64,000 bases of DNA from Cetorhinus maximus (GCF_964194155.1 NC_135907.1:15934001-15998000), one strand, 5' to 3'; counted from the stretch's first letter, positions 36,332-49,767 are shown. Notes: generated from the sequence alone by a model not told the origin. Program-made: numbers and translations.

Positions 36332-38139
36332 GTATGTTTCTTTGTCTTTAATATGACATATAAGTTGTGGAGTGGATGATGATGTGGGATAAGATGCTCA
36401 CCCTTTTACCTCTGTAACCCGGGTTGAAGTTCCCCCAGGCTAGTGTGATAAATGCGCTAGCTCGGCTCAGTTGGTAGCGTATGAGTCAGAAGATCACAGG
36501 TTCAAGTCCCACTCCCGGGCTTGAGCACAAAGCCCTGGCTGGTGCTTCAGTACGACTGCAGCACATTCGGATGATATAAAAGAAAGACCCATCTGCCTGT
36601 TCAAGTGGCTCTAAAAGATCCCTCTGGTGCAATTCAGAAAAGAGCAGGGAGATCTCCCAGCCTTCTGTGCAACATTCATCCTTCAAATAACATCACCAAA
36701 GCAGTGCTTATCATTTATCTCATTGCTGTTTGTGGGACTTTGCTGTGTGCACATGCCAAAGCAGCATCAAGAACTAAATTTCAAAAGACCTGAAAACATG
36801 AAAGGCGCTATAAGAATGCAAGTTCTTTCTTTTAAAGTCTGTTGGGTGTAAGGGTTGTAACATGAAATTAATCTGGACAGTCTCATTTCAGTTTCTGGTC
36901 AGTGTGGGCCCAAGCACAAACTGTTTCTCATTTCGCACCAATGGTTATCTCGGAATAGCTTTCCTCAGTACTAACATCCTTTAACTTTGAGCACAAAATA
37001 TTCCTACATAAGAATCCCCACCTCTTATAGCAAGCATATTCATACAAATGCGATTTGCCCAATATATGTGTTGGACACTAAATGCATTGGACTCCCTAAT
37101 GCATAAGCTTTTGAAGAGGTAAACATCTAGGATCCCTAATCTCATTAAAAAGTGGCAATGGCTATGTTCTGCAATTGCTCAATCGATCCAAAATGGATTT
37201 ATTTAAATGAAAACCAACAGATTATTTGTATTTAGCTATCAGCTGCTGCAGCTGCCTGACATCTCCATCAGTTGTTCACACAGTTAACAACCAGGGCAGT
37301 CGAAGAGTGCAGACGTCAGGCAGCTTCAGTCAGCTCTTCCTAGGGCATTAAGAATGGTAACTGGAATGGACACTCAGCTGCTCATCCAAATGTTTGGCAA
37401 CACTTTTAACGAAGTGCGATAAGTTTATTAAATTGGCCAAAACACATCCCCTCCTTAAAATGTTATGAGGATGCCTTTTGTGATTGCTAATGACAATGAT
37501 ATAGGCAACTGCCTGAGATAGGTTTAGATGATGTACTTCAGAAGTTTGAACACAAAATCTATGCTGATGTTCTGAGGGAGTGCTGCACTGCTGGAGATGC
37601 AGTCATTCAAATGATTAGTTAAACCGAGGCCCCGCCTGCCCTCACAGGTGAGTAAATGACCCCATGACACTATTTTGAAGAAGAGCAATGGGAAATTCGC
37701 CCCAGTGTCCTAGACAATATTAATCCCTCAACCAAGGTAACTTCAAAGAGAAAATCTGGTCATTATGCGCAAAATTGGCTGATGCATTTCCTATGTTACA
37801 ACTATGACTACGCCTCAGAACTACTTCGTTGCCTGTAAAAATGCTTTGGGACGATCTGAGGTTGTGATCGATGTGATCTGTAATTGCTGATTTGGGTTAG
37901 CAATTCAGCTGGACCCCACTTATGAGGCTTCCAAGTGGCAACAAGGGCACACCTTTGGTGGAAGAGCAAATTAATCCTAGGCTGCTTTTCATACCTAGTT
38001 GCTTGTTGCAGAGACCCTCAAGCAAGTTAGGGAATCCAGGAGCCCACAACTATCATGTTAACTATGTAAAGTTACCTTCCTGTAAGGGTAGAATGACTTA
38101 ATTCATCTCCTGGAGGCTCATGCCAAAATAGAAGCATAG

Positions 38140-39770
38140 GAACCGAGGAGCAGGAGTAGGCCATTATTCAGCGCTTCAAGGCTATTCCACCATCCTCCCG
38201 GTATCCCCTCGGAATCTTACGTTTCAACAAGATCACTTCTCGTTTTTCTAAACTCCAATGGGTATAGGCCCAACCTGTTCAACCTTTCTTCATAAGATAA
38301 GCCCCTAATCCCAGGAATCAGTTGAGTGAGTCTTCTCTGAACTGCTTCTAACGCAATTATTTCCTTCTTTCAAATATGGAGACCAAACTGTACGCAGTAT
38401 TCCAGATGTGGTTTCATCAAGGCCCTGCACAGCTGCAGTAAAACTTCCCTACTTTTATATTCCCCCTTTCCCATTTCCCTTGCATTAAATGCTATCACTC
38501 CATTTGCCTTGCTGATCACTTGCTGTACCTGCATACTAACTTCTTGTGATTCATGTACCAGGACACCCAGATCCCTCTGTCTCGTCGAATTGTGCAATCT
38601 CTTCACATTTAAATAGTATGCTGCTTTTTTATCCTTCCTGCCAAAGTGGACAAGTTCACATTTTCCCAAATTATAATTCTTAATAAAGGATTCTAGCAGA
38701 TGTTAGGCTAACTGGCCTAGAGTTTCCTGCTTTCTGTCTCCCTCCTTTCTTGAATTAAAGTTATTTCATTAGCTATTTTCCAATCCACTGGAACACTTCC
38801 AGAATCTAAGGACTTCCATGGAATGTGAGTTTAGACAGTGTGTTTTGGCAGGCTACACAACCGGGTAGTCCATCAGAGCCAATTCTTATCCACTTTTCAC
38901 TTGACATCCATCCCCACATCATTGCGGTTTCCAGCAGGCACCGCAGGAACCCGGGGCATATGTGTGCTGAGTTGTTTTCCTCTCTCTTATATAGGATATA
39001 CATAGGACACCTGAGGTGAAGAGGCCAGTTGTAGAGCCCTTACTACATCCTTGGCTGGGATGAGTTAACTCAGCAAAGTCTGCCAAAGGGTTCGGGAACT
39101 TCCTGGTCTGGTGAGGCTCGCTTCCGCTAAAAACAGTGCCATTCCCAATCATCCCAATCAAACATATGGTCCGTTCAGCTTGCTCCACCATTCTATATGA
39201 TCGTGGCTGATCTTGGGCTTCAACTCCATTTTCCTGCCCACCCCCCATATCCTTGGATTCCCTGAAGCACCAAAAATTTGTCTATCCCAGCCTTTATCTT
39301 CAACAAAGGAGCATCCACAAGCCTCAGGGATAGACAATTTCAAAGACACTCAACCCTTTGAGTGAAGTAATTTCTCTTCATCTCAGTCCTAAATGATCGG
39401 CCCCTTATCCTGAGACTGTGCCCCCAAGTTTTAGGTTCCCCGACCAGCATAAGCAACCTCTTAGCGTCTACCCTATCAAGCCCCTTCAGAACCTTATATG
39501 TTTTAATGAAGTTGCCTCTCATTCTTCTAAACTCCAGGGAATATAAGCCCAATTTACTCAGCCTCTCACCTTAGAACAAACCCCCTCATTCCGGGGACCA
39601 ACGTAGTGAACCTTCACTGTACCATCTCCAATGAAAATATATCCTTCCTTAAATGTAGAGGCCAAAACTACGCACACTATTCCAGATGTGGTCTCGCCAA
39701 AGCTCTGTACAATTGTAACAAGACTTGTTTATTCCTATACTCCAATCTCCATGCATTAAAGGCCAACATG
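38140..39770 (-). mobile_element. Two CR1 LINE fragments in a KMT5C intron (about 38140-38810 and 39160-39770)
   Basis: KCELVHFGRK..RDLGVLVHES..PHLEYCVQF; SLEFRRMRG. Confidence 0.85.
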
Positions 39771-39854
39771 TCATGTTGGTAACATGCGGTAATATCTTTC
39801 AGCAGCTTTCCTTTTCCCCCTGGTCTAATCAGCAGTTTGGTTTTTATTGAACAG

Positions 39855-40018
39855 GAAGGAGAATGATAAGATCGAACTGCTTGTTGGCTGCTTGGCAGAA
39901 CTTTCTGAGAAGGAGGAATCTCTCCTGCGCCCAGGGGAGAATGACTTCAGTGTGATGTACTCAACTCGCAAAAAATGTGCTCAGCTCTGGCTGGGGCCTG
40001 CTTCCTTCATCAACCACG
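39855..40018 (+). CDS. KMT5C: KMT5C coding exon 4 ([16 protein letters not shown]...[28 protein letters not shown])
   Basis: ACAG acceptor, G|GTATGT donor; SET core including F160/S161 and the NH motif. Confidence 0.97.
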
Positions 40019-42038
40019 GTATGTGACTGATAACTGACCTTTTTAAAGGGGGACTCAGAGGGTAGGTACTTTCAGTCGAAAGTATTCAACCATTTTAATT
40101 TTACATAATCATACCCTTTGATAAATCTTCACTGACTTTTTTAAGATGTAAAGTGTCTTGGGGAGATGTACCAGCTCCGGGTGCCCCTGTTCACCTGCTC
40201 CGAGATGTGTTACAGCGAAATACCTACGATGCTCTGAAGTGGCTCCATTGGAAATAATGAGGATGAGCTTTTGTCCCAGTCCTCAGGGCTAACCTAGAGT
40301 CCCCAGAATACCTCAATATCAGCTAGTGTCACAGCACTAGATTTTAAACTGAGGCCCAGTCTGCTCCCTTGGGTTGATGTAAAAGTTTACATGGCCTTAT
40401 TTCGTAGAAAGCCAGGGAAGTTATCCCTGGTATCCTGGCCAATACTTGTCCCTCAACAAACATCACTAAAAGAAATTATCTAGACATTGTCGAATTACTG
40501 TTTGTGGGAGCTGCTGTGCGCAAATTGGCTGCCACGTTTCCTACATTATAGCGTTGACTCCGCTCCCAAGTACTTCATTGGCAGTGAAGCATTTTGGGAG
40601 TCCTGAGGTTGTGGAAGGCGCTATATAAATACAAGTCTTTCTTTTTTATCTCAAAACTGTACCATAAAAACCTTGCCCTTGGACACTGGCCAGCCTTATC
40701 AGATAGATTTTATCTGTTAACGTTCTTTTGTATTCCTGTCTCTTAAGCTTGCAGTTAAATGTAGTTTAGCCAGCATTAGAGTTCTGCTAAGGGATGTTTA
40801 AAACAGACTTTCCCTCCAAATCCTATCCTTGCTGGTATGTTGGCCTGATAATTTACAGATTCTTTAAGTTTAAAAAATATATATATACAGTTAGCACAAC
40901 ATCTTTTCACTCCTGGGACTGGGATTTGAATCCAACCTGATCGGATGCAATGGAAATCTCCTATCTCTGGTTCTAAGGATTCTGCTCAAGGATTGTTTTT
41001 GAAGTAGTCTCGATTCGGTTCCCAACGAGCGGGCGACCACATCACAAACTCATTGATAAAATGGCACCAATTGGTATTAAAGTTGCAGGCTCACTCAGCT
41101 GTCACTTACGTGCAACATTTTACATTTGTCTGTATTCAATTTCATCAGCCATTGTTCTGCATATTTATGTTAGAAACAATGATGGTCCCTGAGCTACCCC
41201 ATTCAATGCTCCTCTGACCCCCACCCCACCTTGCCTTACACAGCTCCTCTAATAAGTACTCATTTGCTACCCTTAAGCCAATTTCATAATCATTCCCAGG
41301 GTTACCCTGAATCCCTACAGCTTTGTGTTCAATTAAGAATTTAATCTGAAGCTTTAGCAAAGTTCTTCAGAAGTCTGGGTAAGCTGCATCATGGGACTTC
41401 CTGCAGTCCACCTGGGATGTAACATCAAGGAGTTTTGGTCGGGCAGGCTCTTTCCCATTGTGAATCCGTGTTGACTGCTGTTCACTAGGTTATCGCACAG
41501 GTTATCCTCACCCTTACTCCCGATAATCAGTTCCACTATTGTGCACGATATTGAAGTGAGACTGACGGGTTTGTAGTTGCTGGTTTTGTCCACCTCTTTG
41601 ACTCTGAGCATCACATTAGCATGTTTCCAGCCTGCTGGCTATCGATTCCCTCTTGATGATCCTTGGTGCCGTTGAAATCCCACCTTAGGCCTCTGTCAGC
41701 AGTCTGGGATAAATATCATCTATCCCCGGGGATTTATTTATCTTCAGCGCTTTAGACTACCCATCTTCCATCTCATTTATACCGAAGCCCTTCCTACCAA
41801 CAGAATGTTTCACTGTTTCAAATCAAGGCTTGGTGAATTAAAATGGTGAACTTGATTCTGATGTTGTTATTATTCCAAACAGTCCATGTGCCATCAGGGT
41901 CAATAGGAAGATTACTTTTAAGACAGATATTCCTGAAGATATTGTGTTCAAAAATTAAAATCTTTTTGAAAGGTGCATGTTGAATAAATTTAATTATATT
42001 AATTAATATTTCTCTTTTTTTTTCTCTGTGTCCTGAAG

Positions 42039-42058
42039 ACTGCAGGCCAAACTGTAAG
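42039..42058 (+). CDS. KMT5C: KMT5C coding exon 5, 20-nt microexon (DCRPNCK)
   Basis: Long T/C tract, AG acceptor and AAG|GTAAGA donor. Supplies the missing NH-DCxPNC motif and restores phase between the flanking exons. Confidence 0.95.
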
Positions 42059-43792
42059 GTAAGAGAGCAACCATTTTCATGTTCTCTCAGCTGGTTTTGT
42101 ATTGTAGTCGCTGCCACCTCATGTTGGACCAGCGGCTTTGCCCTGTGGCTTTCAATGCCACGCTCAAAACTATTCCCAAATTCCTATTACCGTACTCGTT
42201 TTTCTTCCTCTCCTCCCATGAAGCTACCAACTCACAATGGAGTGTAAGCCTGGCTCTGAATCAACCCTACAATAGACCTGAGGCGATAATCTAGGCTGAT
42301 ATATCGGTGCGGCACTCAGAGTGCTGCATTGACAGACGTGCTGCTTTTTTGGGAAGAGATGTAAAACTGTGGCCCTATCTGCCAGTTCAGGTGGTACGAT
42401 TCCTTGCCGGCATTTGTTCCTCATCTAACACTACCAAAACTGAGTTACTGGTCATTCATCTCACTTGCTGTTTGGGAAATTGGCTACAACAGGGAATTCT
42501 TCAAAAGTAATTCACTGACTGTGCTATTGGTGGGTCCCAAGCTTTTCTTTGCTCACTTGATTTTCCTACGTGTTCACTTGTAATTAGGAGCCCCTATCCT
42601 TACATTGTTCAAGTGTCTTATTAATGTGCCCTAACTGCCCCTTGGAGAGAGATGTGCTAAATTGATACAGGATGGAGATTAATCTGTGAAACTTTCCTGC
42701 TCCGCATAATTCATTGTTACACCAGCCAGTGCCTCTATTCACAATTCAGATAACTTATAATAGTCAGTGAGCTGTTCCCAGAAATGTTTTTTTTTCCCTC
42801 CCTGTTCACGTTCTTGACCATTAGGACATCATTGGCTCAGAGGGCAGTAGAATTGCTACTGTATGCCTAGTCCAAAAGTGGGCACAGAGAAGGCCCTTGG
42901 CAGAAGTTGGGAGATAACAATGGCCAGTCATTGTTGCTGTTGCTGTGGAGGTGGGGACTGTAGTGGGTTGGCGACTGTAGTGGGTTGGCATGACAGGAAA
43001 ATGAATGAATTTTTGCCAAAGGTGCATCAATTTTCTGGCATATTTGTCCTTTAAACTCTGTCAGAAAGCAGGCTTTTGTTGTCCAGAGAGTGGCCAGCCC
43101 TGAAACTGGACCGGTGTAAACCTGAGCAAGGCTGGAAGAGAGGCGGGCATCCTACCCAGCTTCTGCCATAGCAGCTGTGAAAGCAGGAAGTGGGTGAAAG
43201 TAGCCTTCTGTTTACCGACCCTTCCTTCCCTGTGGGAAAACGGCTTGACCTTTCATACCTCCTCGTGACAACGGCAACAATTTGCATTTATATTCTACAC
43301 AGTCCAAAGGTGCTTTATGGGAGTGTTAATCAAACAAAATTTGAAACAGAGCCACATAAGGGAATATCAGGACAGGCGACCAAAAGCTAGGTCAAAGAGC
43401 TTTGTTTTAAGGAGCGCTTTAAAGGAGGAGGAAAAGGTTTAGGGAGGGAGTTTCAAAGACAGCACAGCTAAGAGCGGAAACCCATGGTGTACAGCATGAA
43501 GCTGAGTGCTACTGCTCTGAAACCTGGGATATCTGTACTTCAGTGCAGTGCCTGCCATTTTTTTAATATATATCCTTTTACGGGATGTGGGCTTCGCTAG
43601 CTGGGTCAGCATTTATTGCCCATCCCTAATTGCCCTTGAGAAGGTGGCGGTGAGCTGTCGCCTTGAACTGCTGAAGCCCATGTGGTCTAGGTACACCCAC
43701 AGTGCTAGTTCTGTGATTCGCTTGCTGTTTGCGAAATCGGCTGCAAAAGAATCGGGATTTGTCTCATATTTTCCCTTTTCTTCCTTGCACAG

Positions 43793-43929
43793 TTTGTTCC
43801 TACCGAAGGCGACCGGGCGTGTGTCAAAGTTCTTCGGGACATTGAACCCGGAGATGAGATCACCTGTTACTATGGTGACAGTTTTTTTGGTGAAAACAAC
43901 GAGCTGTGCGAATGCTACACATGTGAAAG
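43793..43929 (+). CDS. KMT5C: KMT5C coding exon 6 ([46 protein letters not shown])
   Basis: CACAG acceptor, AG|GTAAGG donor; SET C-terminus with Y217 and post-SET Zn ligands C229/C231/C234. Confidence 0.97.
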
Positions 43930-43947
43930 GTAAGGGATAAAAATAAT

Positions 43948-44968
43948 CGAAAAGCAGAATACTGCAGATGCTGGAAATCTGAAACAAAAACAGAAATGCA
44001 GGACATAGTCGCCAGGTTATGGCAGCATCTGCGGAGAGAAAAAGAGTTAACGTTTCAGGTCTGTTTTTCAGAACTGGGAAAAGTTAGAAATCCTAGATTT
44101 TAGATTGAAATGCTAGATTTTTAGATGTTAGAAAAGTTAGGTTTTGAGCAAGGGGCGGATGGGACAAGGACAAAAGGAAGGTCTGTGATAGGGTGAAAGA
44201 CAGGAACGACAGAAGAATCAGAATCAGGCACTTTGCAGCCTTCGGGGCTCAACATTGTGTTCAACAATTTCAGACCATAATCTCGGTGCCCATTTTGTTT
44301 CCTTTTCTTTGCATGTTTTGGTTTTTCTTTTGATTTTGGCTTGCAGTCAGCGGCACACACTTTTTAAAAAAATTCGTTCATGGGATGTGGACATTGCTGG
44401 CTAGGCCAGCATTTATTGCCCATCCCTAATTGCCCTTGTTCAGAGGGCATTTAAGAGTCAACCACATTGCTGTGGGTCTGGAGTTATAGGTAGGTAAGGA
44501 CAGCAGATTTCCTTCCCTAAAGGACATTAGTGAACCAAATGGATTTTTTTTTTACAATGGTTTCATGATCAGCATCAGACTTTTAATCCCAGATTTTTAT
44601 TAGATTCAAATTTCACCATCTGCCATGGTGGGATTTGAACCCAGGTCCCCAGAGCATTACCCTGGGTCTCTGGAATACTAGTCCAGTGACAATACCGCTA
44701 TGCCACCACCTCCCCTTTCGGCACATCTTTTTGTTTCTGAAGAACAGTCATATTGGACTAGAAACATTAACTCTCTTTCTCACTCCATAGATGTTTCCAT
44801 ACACGCTGAGTTTTTCCAGCACTTTGTTTTTATTTTTTGTTTCTTTGTTTATTTCTTTGCCCCGTCATCATTCCCTTTGGCCCTGAAAGGTTAGCTTTTC
44901 TGTCACCCTATCACAGACCTTCTGTCCTTGTCCAACCCACCTATTGCGTTTCTAACTTTTCTCAGTTA
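43948..44968 (+). mobile_element. Penelope-like element remnant in a KMT5C intron
   Basis: Inverted terminal repeat copy (43948-44200), GIY-YIG C-terminal tail GTLQPSGLNIVFNNFRP* (44227-44280), forward hammerhead-bearing repeat (44735-44830); interrupted by a SINE. Confidence 0.75.
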
Positions 44969-45245
44969 AGATGTAGGAATAAAATAACCCTGGGTTTCCT
45001 CCGGAACACCTAATCCGATGTTAATAACTTCAACTTGAAGACCACGATCGCAGGCAGTGCCTTTTACTGTCACGTCCGTTTTATGCCAGTACCTATTGAA
45101 GCACGCACCAAGAAACAATCAACACCTTCTCGAGAGGACGTAGAAATGTGGGAGGGCTGGGAAGTAGTGAATGATCAGAAATTCATGAGTGAAAATCCAT
45201 ATGATTTCTTTTTCTAAAAAAGGAGTTGATCTTTACTCTTTCCAG

Positions 45246-45427
45246 GCGAGGAGAAGGAGCCTTCAGGATGAAGAAGCGTGACGTTGAGGTGGGCGCACTC
45301 TGTAAGTACGGGCTGAGAGAGACCGACAGTCGCCTGAGTCGTATGAATCAGAAAGGCAAAGGAAGACGGACCAAGGGAGCACGTGTTGATTTGTATCAGA
45401 AAACCGCAGAAAGGGCCTTGTGGCAGA
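45246..45427 (+). CDS. KMT5C: KMT5C coding exon 7 (RGEGAFRMKK...KYGLRETDSRLSR...ALWQ)
   Basis: TCCAG acceptor, A|GTGAGT donor; GEGAF and KYGLRET motifs of the SUV420H family. Confidence 0.9.
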
Positions 45428-46523
45428 GTGAGTGCAATCACAAAAGAAGCTTATACTTCAATTGGAAGGGTTGGGATATCTGGATTGTGGTGCTGTGGTG
45501 GGGGTGGGCAGTGCAACACTCCAAGGGGTCCTCTGAATTCGTATTCTTCTTTCAGCAATGGTTGAGCACATCAAAATTCGTAAGTTTAAAAACTATTTCG
45601 GTCACAAGTTAGTTATGGATGAAGAAGATCACTTGGCTCATCTTAGCTCATCCACATGGTTCTTAAATTGTTTTCACCTCCACTTCTCTTCCTGAAAGTC
45701 CTACATTGATCAGTCCTGGATTTTCCATTTACTAACTTTAATCTGTGCCCCCCTTCTCTTACTCCCAGTTTAATTTTCTGGATTTGCCTTTTCTGTACTA
45801 AAAACATTACATTCTTAAACTACTCTAGAAGATCAACTTTACGTTGGTCTCTCCTCAAGGCTGCAATATTTCTTCATACTCACACTAGTGATCAGCCTTG
45901 TTGCTGAATTTTGCGCGCTTTCCAATGTTTGAATCTCTCCTTTGTCTCTTGGTTACCAGAACTGGACACAGTCCTCAAGGTGTGGACTGACCACCATGTC
46001 ATAAGGTGTCTACTAGGGGCATTGGCACAGCCCAGGAGCAGGCTGCATGCCCCTCACTGCTGATCGAGCAGACCAAGAACAATGATTGTAAATAATAACA
46101 GGTAAATGGGGAACTTTCCTGAAGTATCTCCTACCCCCCACCCCCCCCCCCCCCCACCCCCAGTTTTTAAAAAAAAGGGCTTGTTAGATAACCCCGATGG
46201 CAACACTAGTGGAGGTGCTATAATTGACACTAGTGTCCTTTTTGTAGAGAGGGTAAAATAATCCAGTTTAACTGATATGCAGTGAATCTTATTGGATTGT
46301 GTGTGTAGATGTGAAGTGAGGGCAGAATCGCCTCGGCTCTGATGCCCTCCGTGGCCTGATAGGCATCCAATTCTTAGACATAAAGAGTGGACATACAGGT
46401 GAGATGGCAGCAAGATTAATGCCATCAGTGCAAAATTGGACAAAAACATTGGGGAGGTGAGGTCCCAAACACGATGCTGAACATGCTTGTTAAATCTTTC
46501 TCTCTCTCATTTTTAAATTTCAG

Positions 46524-48187
46524 CTTCAGACAGAAGGCTCTCTTTAAATTCGAGGAGGAGCAAACAAGGGAAATGGAAAAGGCGGACCCCACGCAGCCCT
46601 CACTCAAAGTCACCGTCTGCACTTCGATCAATGGCATTGCGGCTGCAGAACACTCGGGCTGGCAAAGGAGAGAAGGCGGCAACCAATGGGAGCTCAGTGG
46701 AGTATCTGCCAAATGGGAGCCAGACTGCTTATCGTGGGAGGGAGTCTGCATTGGAGAAGAGCGAGGCAGAAGGACTTCACTATGGGTTTGGGTATTCCTC
46801 TACGTTACAACTTCAGCCCACAGCTAAGAAAACTGATCCTGAAACACCAGCAACATTCCTGATGCCAGAAGGCATCTTCCTAAAGGATCTGCGAGTGGAT
46901 TTATATGATTGTGCAGATCTAGCTGGGCCGTTGACCAATTTGAATGAAGCAGCTACAAGGAAAAATGGGAGAGATTTGTGGGACAAACCAGAGGCAGACC
47001 CAATCCCAGTTGCCCCTCAATGTCCAGAAGAAGTGTCCAGTCAGAAAGCTCCTACAAGCGCCAATGGAGTCCTAGCATCTAAACCCAAACCGAGAAAGTC
47101 ATCAGAGCCAGTTTTGAAGAATTTTAATGCTCCCGATTTCGCAACTGAAGTAACCCTTCCCTCACTGGACCAAGCACCATTCAAACCACAGAGCACAAAC
47201 GGAGACCTTTCTCCAGGCCCACCTCCTGTTCATTTACAGACTGCCAGCGAGAAGGTATCTGGTGGCACCCTGACCAGGAAACGGAGGAGGAGGAGGCGGA
47301 AGAGGGCATTGAGAAGGAGGCTGAATAAAAAGAGAAAGAGCTCTCAAAGCCCAGAGATACTGCCAAGAAGAGCATTTGGTTTGACCCATTTTGTGAAAGT
47401 TGATTTGAGCAAGGATGCTGTCCTCATGACCAGTGTCAAGAATAAAGCACAGAGCTCAGTAAAAGACAACACAACACCTCAGCAAAACTGCAGTCAAGGC
47501 CCGTGGTTTTCAACGGACGAGAGCTGTCGAGCTGCGTGCTCATTGGAAATTCGAGATGTCCGCGTCGTTCTGGAAGATGTTTCAAAGATCTGTGAGTCTG
47601 CCACTCGCACGTGGTATGTTAGGAGGAGGTTGGCCGCAAGGCTGAGCATGGGAGAAGAGGGAGGGAGCAGCCTGCTGGATTCCAAAATGGGGGCTGAGCA
47701 AACGGTAGGTGACGGTTCGTTGAGGACTTTGCACTGTGCTCAGCTTTGTTCACGTGCGAGCAAGCCAGCGAGGCAAAACAAGCGGACAGCTAATGGACAG
47801 AGAGCAGGCGGTCTGCAGTCACCAAAACAAGCCATCAAAAGGAAGGTACCGGAAGGTGAGGGAACAGAAACGGCGAATGGACTGAGCTCAGCAGCCAGTA
47901 ACGACCCGTGGCTTAATGCAACCCAGCGCAAGCGTTCCAGGCGTTTCCTGAACTGCGCACAGGAGACAAGGATGTGTGGCGCGGAAGTGACAGGGCTGGG
48001 CCCATCACAGGATAGGGTGTGCGCTGAGGGCATGCTGTCCCACAATTGTTTTGTTTCCTCAGTGGAAGATGGCAAAAGACCCACGGCTTTCACCCCATTC
48101 GCTAGATCCAAACGCCTGCGTCTGGTCGTCAGCCACGGTTCCATAGACTTTGATATCTCCTCTTCAACGAGTGAAGACTCTATCTGA
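46524..48187 (+). CDS. KMT5C: KMT5C terminal coding exon (long low-complexity C-terminus ending KRLRLVVSHGSIDFDISSSTSEDSI*)
   Basis: TTTCAG acceptor at 46523, in frame with the 518-aa ORF 46631-48187. C-terminal KRLRLVVSHGSID is the KMT5C-type tail (KMT5B has KRLRLIVGKDSID). Total CDS 2553 nt. Confidence 0.93.
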
Positions 48188-49767
48188 GTATTTCATTGGG
48201 CCAGGAAGTGTTTCTTTCCACCACCCCTTCCCCCCTCCCCACCCAATCGCCATCGTAAAGAGAGATTCTGCGAAATGGACAAAGAAATTCTATTTCTACT
48301 CCTCCTCGCATTTAGAGAGATATAATGTTAAAATGCACTCCTCCTGTGTTATTTTATTGGTTAGCTCAGTGATTGAACTGTAGCTGTTTCCCCAGTTTGC
48401 ACAACGATTTTGCCACTTTGAGATGGTGGGGCTATGCTTGCCATCGACTTTGCACTCTCAAGAGTGGGACTGAGCCAAGCCCAACTGGAAGGCCCAAGGG
48501 CGTTGATAGCCCATCTTTGCAGATGTCGCCTGATCTCAACTGGAACAAGGGTGCTTGGCACTGTTGTTGGCCGCAGTGTCATTAGGAGGGGAGGGAATCG
48601 GCCAATCTCTACTGGAAAAGGCAACCTTCAGAGCCTGGTGAGAACAGAATCAGCTGGATGCTCTTTGGGCCAAACAGCCTGCTTAACAGTTCAGTGTCTG
48701 GGTTAACAAGGGCACTCGACTGAGGTACCAGAGAGTTGCTATTGTCCTGGATCTGCGGGAGTCATGAGAGGACGGGAGGGTCGAGGGACTTAAAGGTACA
48801 AAGATATATCGCTGTGCAAACTAGGAAGTGGCTGTGTCTGTCCTGCTGGTTGGTTTGGGCAGTGGATTCTTAAAGTAAATAGCTCATGAACTGGCAAGTC
48901 ACATAGCATATAAGGAACAGCTTATGAAAGTGAGATTAGTTTGAGCTTTCCTTCAAGTACCTCTTCAAATAGAATTTGAAGTACTCTCTCACACCTTCTT
49001 GACTCAGTCCCAGGGACAATATGTAAAGCTTCGTATAACCTCAGGATAACAACTTTTGGTGCTTATTGATCAGCTGATGTGCTTGATATCCTTCCTCATA
49101 TGAGAAAAGTAAAAATGTTTTTTTTTTTAAAGTATAGTTTTTCTTCTCTGTGTCTGAAGTCTACAAGGAGTTTTACAGGTTGTCTTTTTCTCAAATGGTT
49201 TTAACTAGATCTTGAAAATTTCACACAAGTCTGAGGGTCAGTTTTGTCACTAGCATTCCTAGAATCATACAGCACACAAAGAGGCCGCTTGGCCTGTTGT
49301 CCCTCTGTCGGCTCTTTGAAAGAGCCGTACACAATTCCCTTTTCAAAGTTGCTGTTGAATCTGCTTCTTATAACAATTTACTGTGTTTTTAAAAAAAATC
49401 TCCCTACTTCCCCAGTTCTTTTGTCATTTATTATAAAGTGTTGTTTCAGTAACGTGTAAACACAAGCGTGTTATGGAAAACAGTGGTACAATTATAAATT
49501 CAGATTGTCCAAATATGATAGCGAATAGTCTGGGCCATGTACAATTAAGCTGACATGCAGTTAGGTACATGTCTGTCACTGGGGTTGGGAGTAATTTGAT
49601 GTGATTTAAGAATATCACACGAAGCACAACATTGAAGTATTTTCTTCATAGCTTCTTGTTATCAGTGCAGTAAATAGGCCTTGTGAGAGCACTGGCTCTA
49701 CACCTTGGAACATAGGGTGAGAATATGGTGTGTGTGTGTGTTTATATATACCAAAATGGAAGTGTGT

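Noticed and set aside
47740-48144. Antisense ORF overlapping the KMT5C last exon
   Set aside because: Shadow of the coding strand; no independent support.
46631-48187. 518-aa ORF as a stand-alone gene
   Set aside because: It is the in-frame terminal exon of KMT5C (acceptor at 46523).
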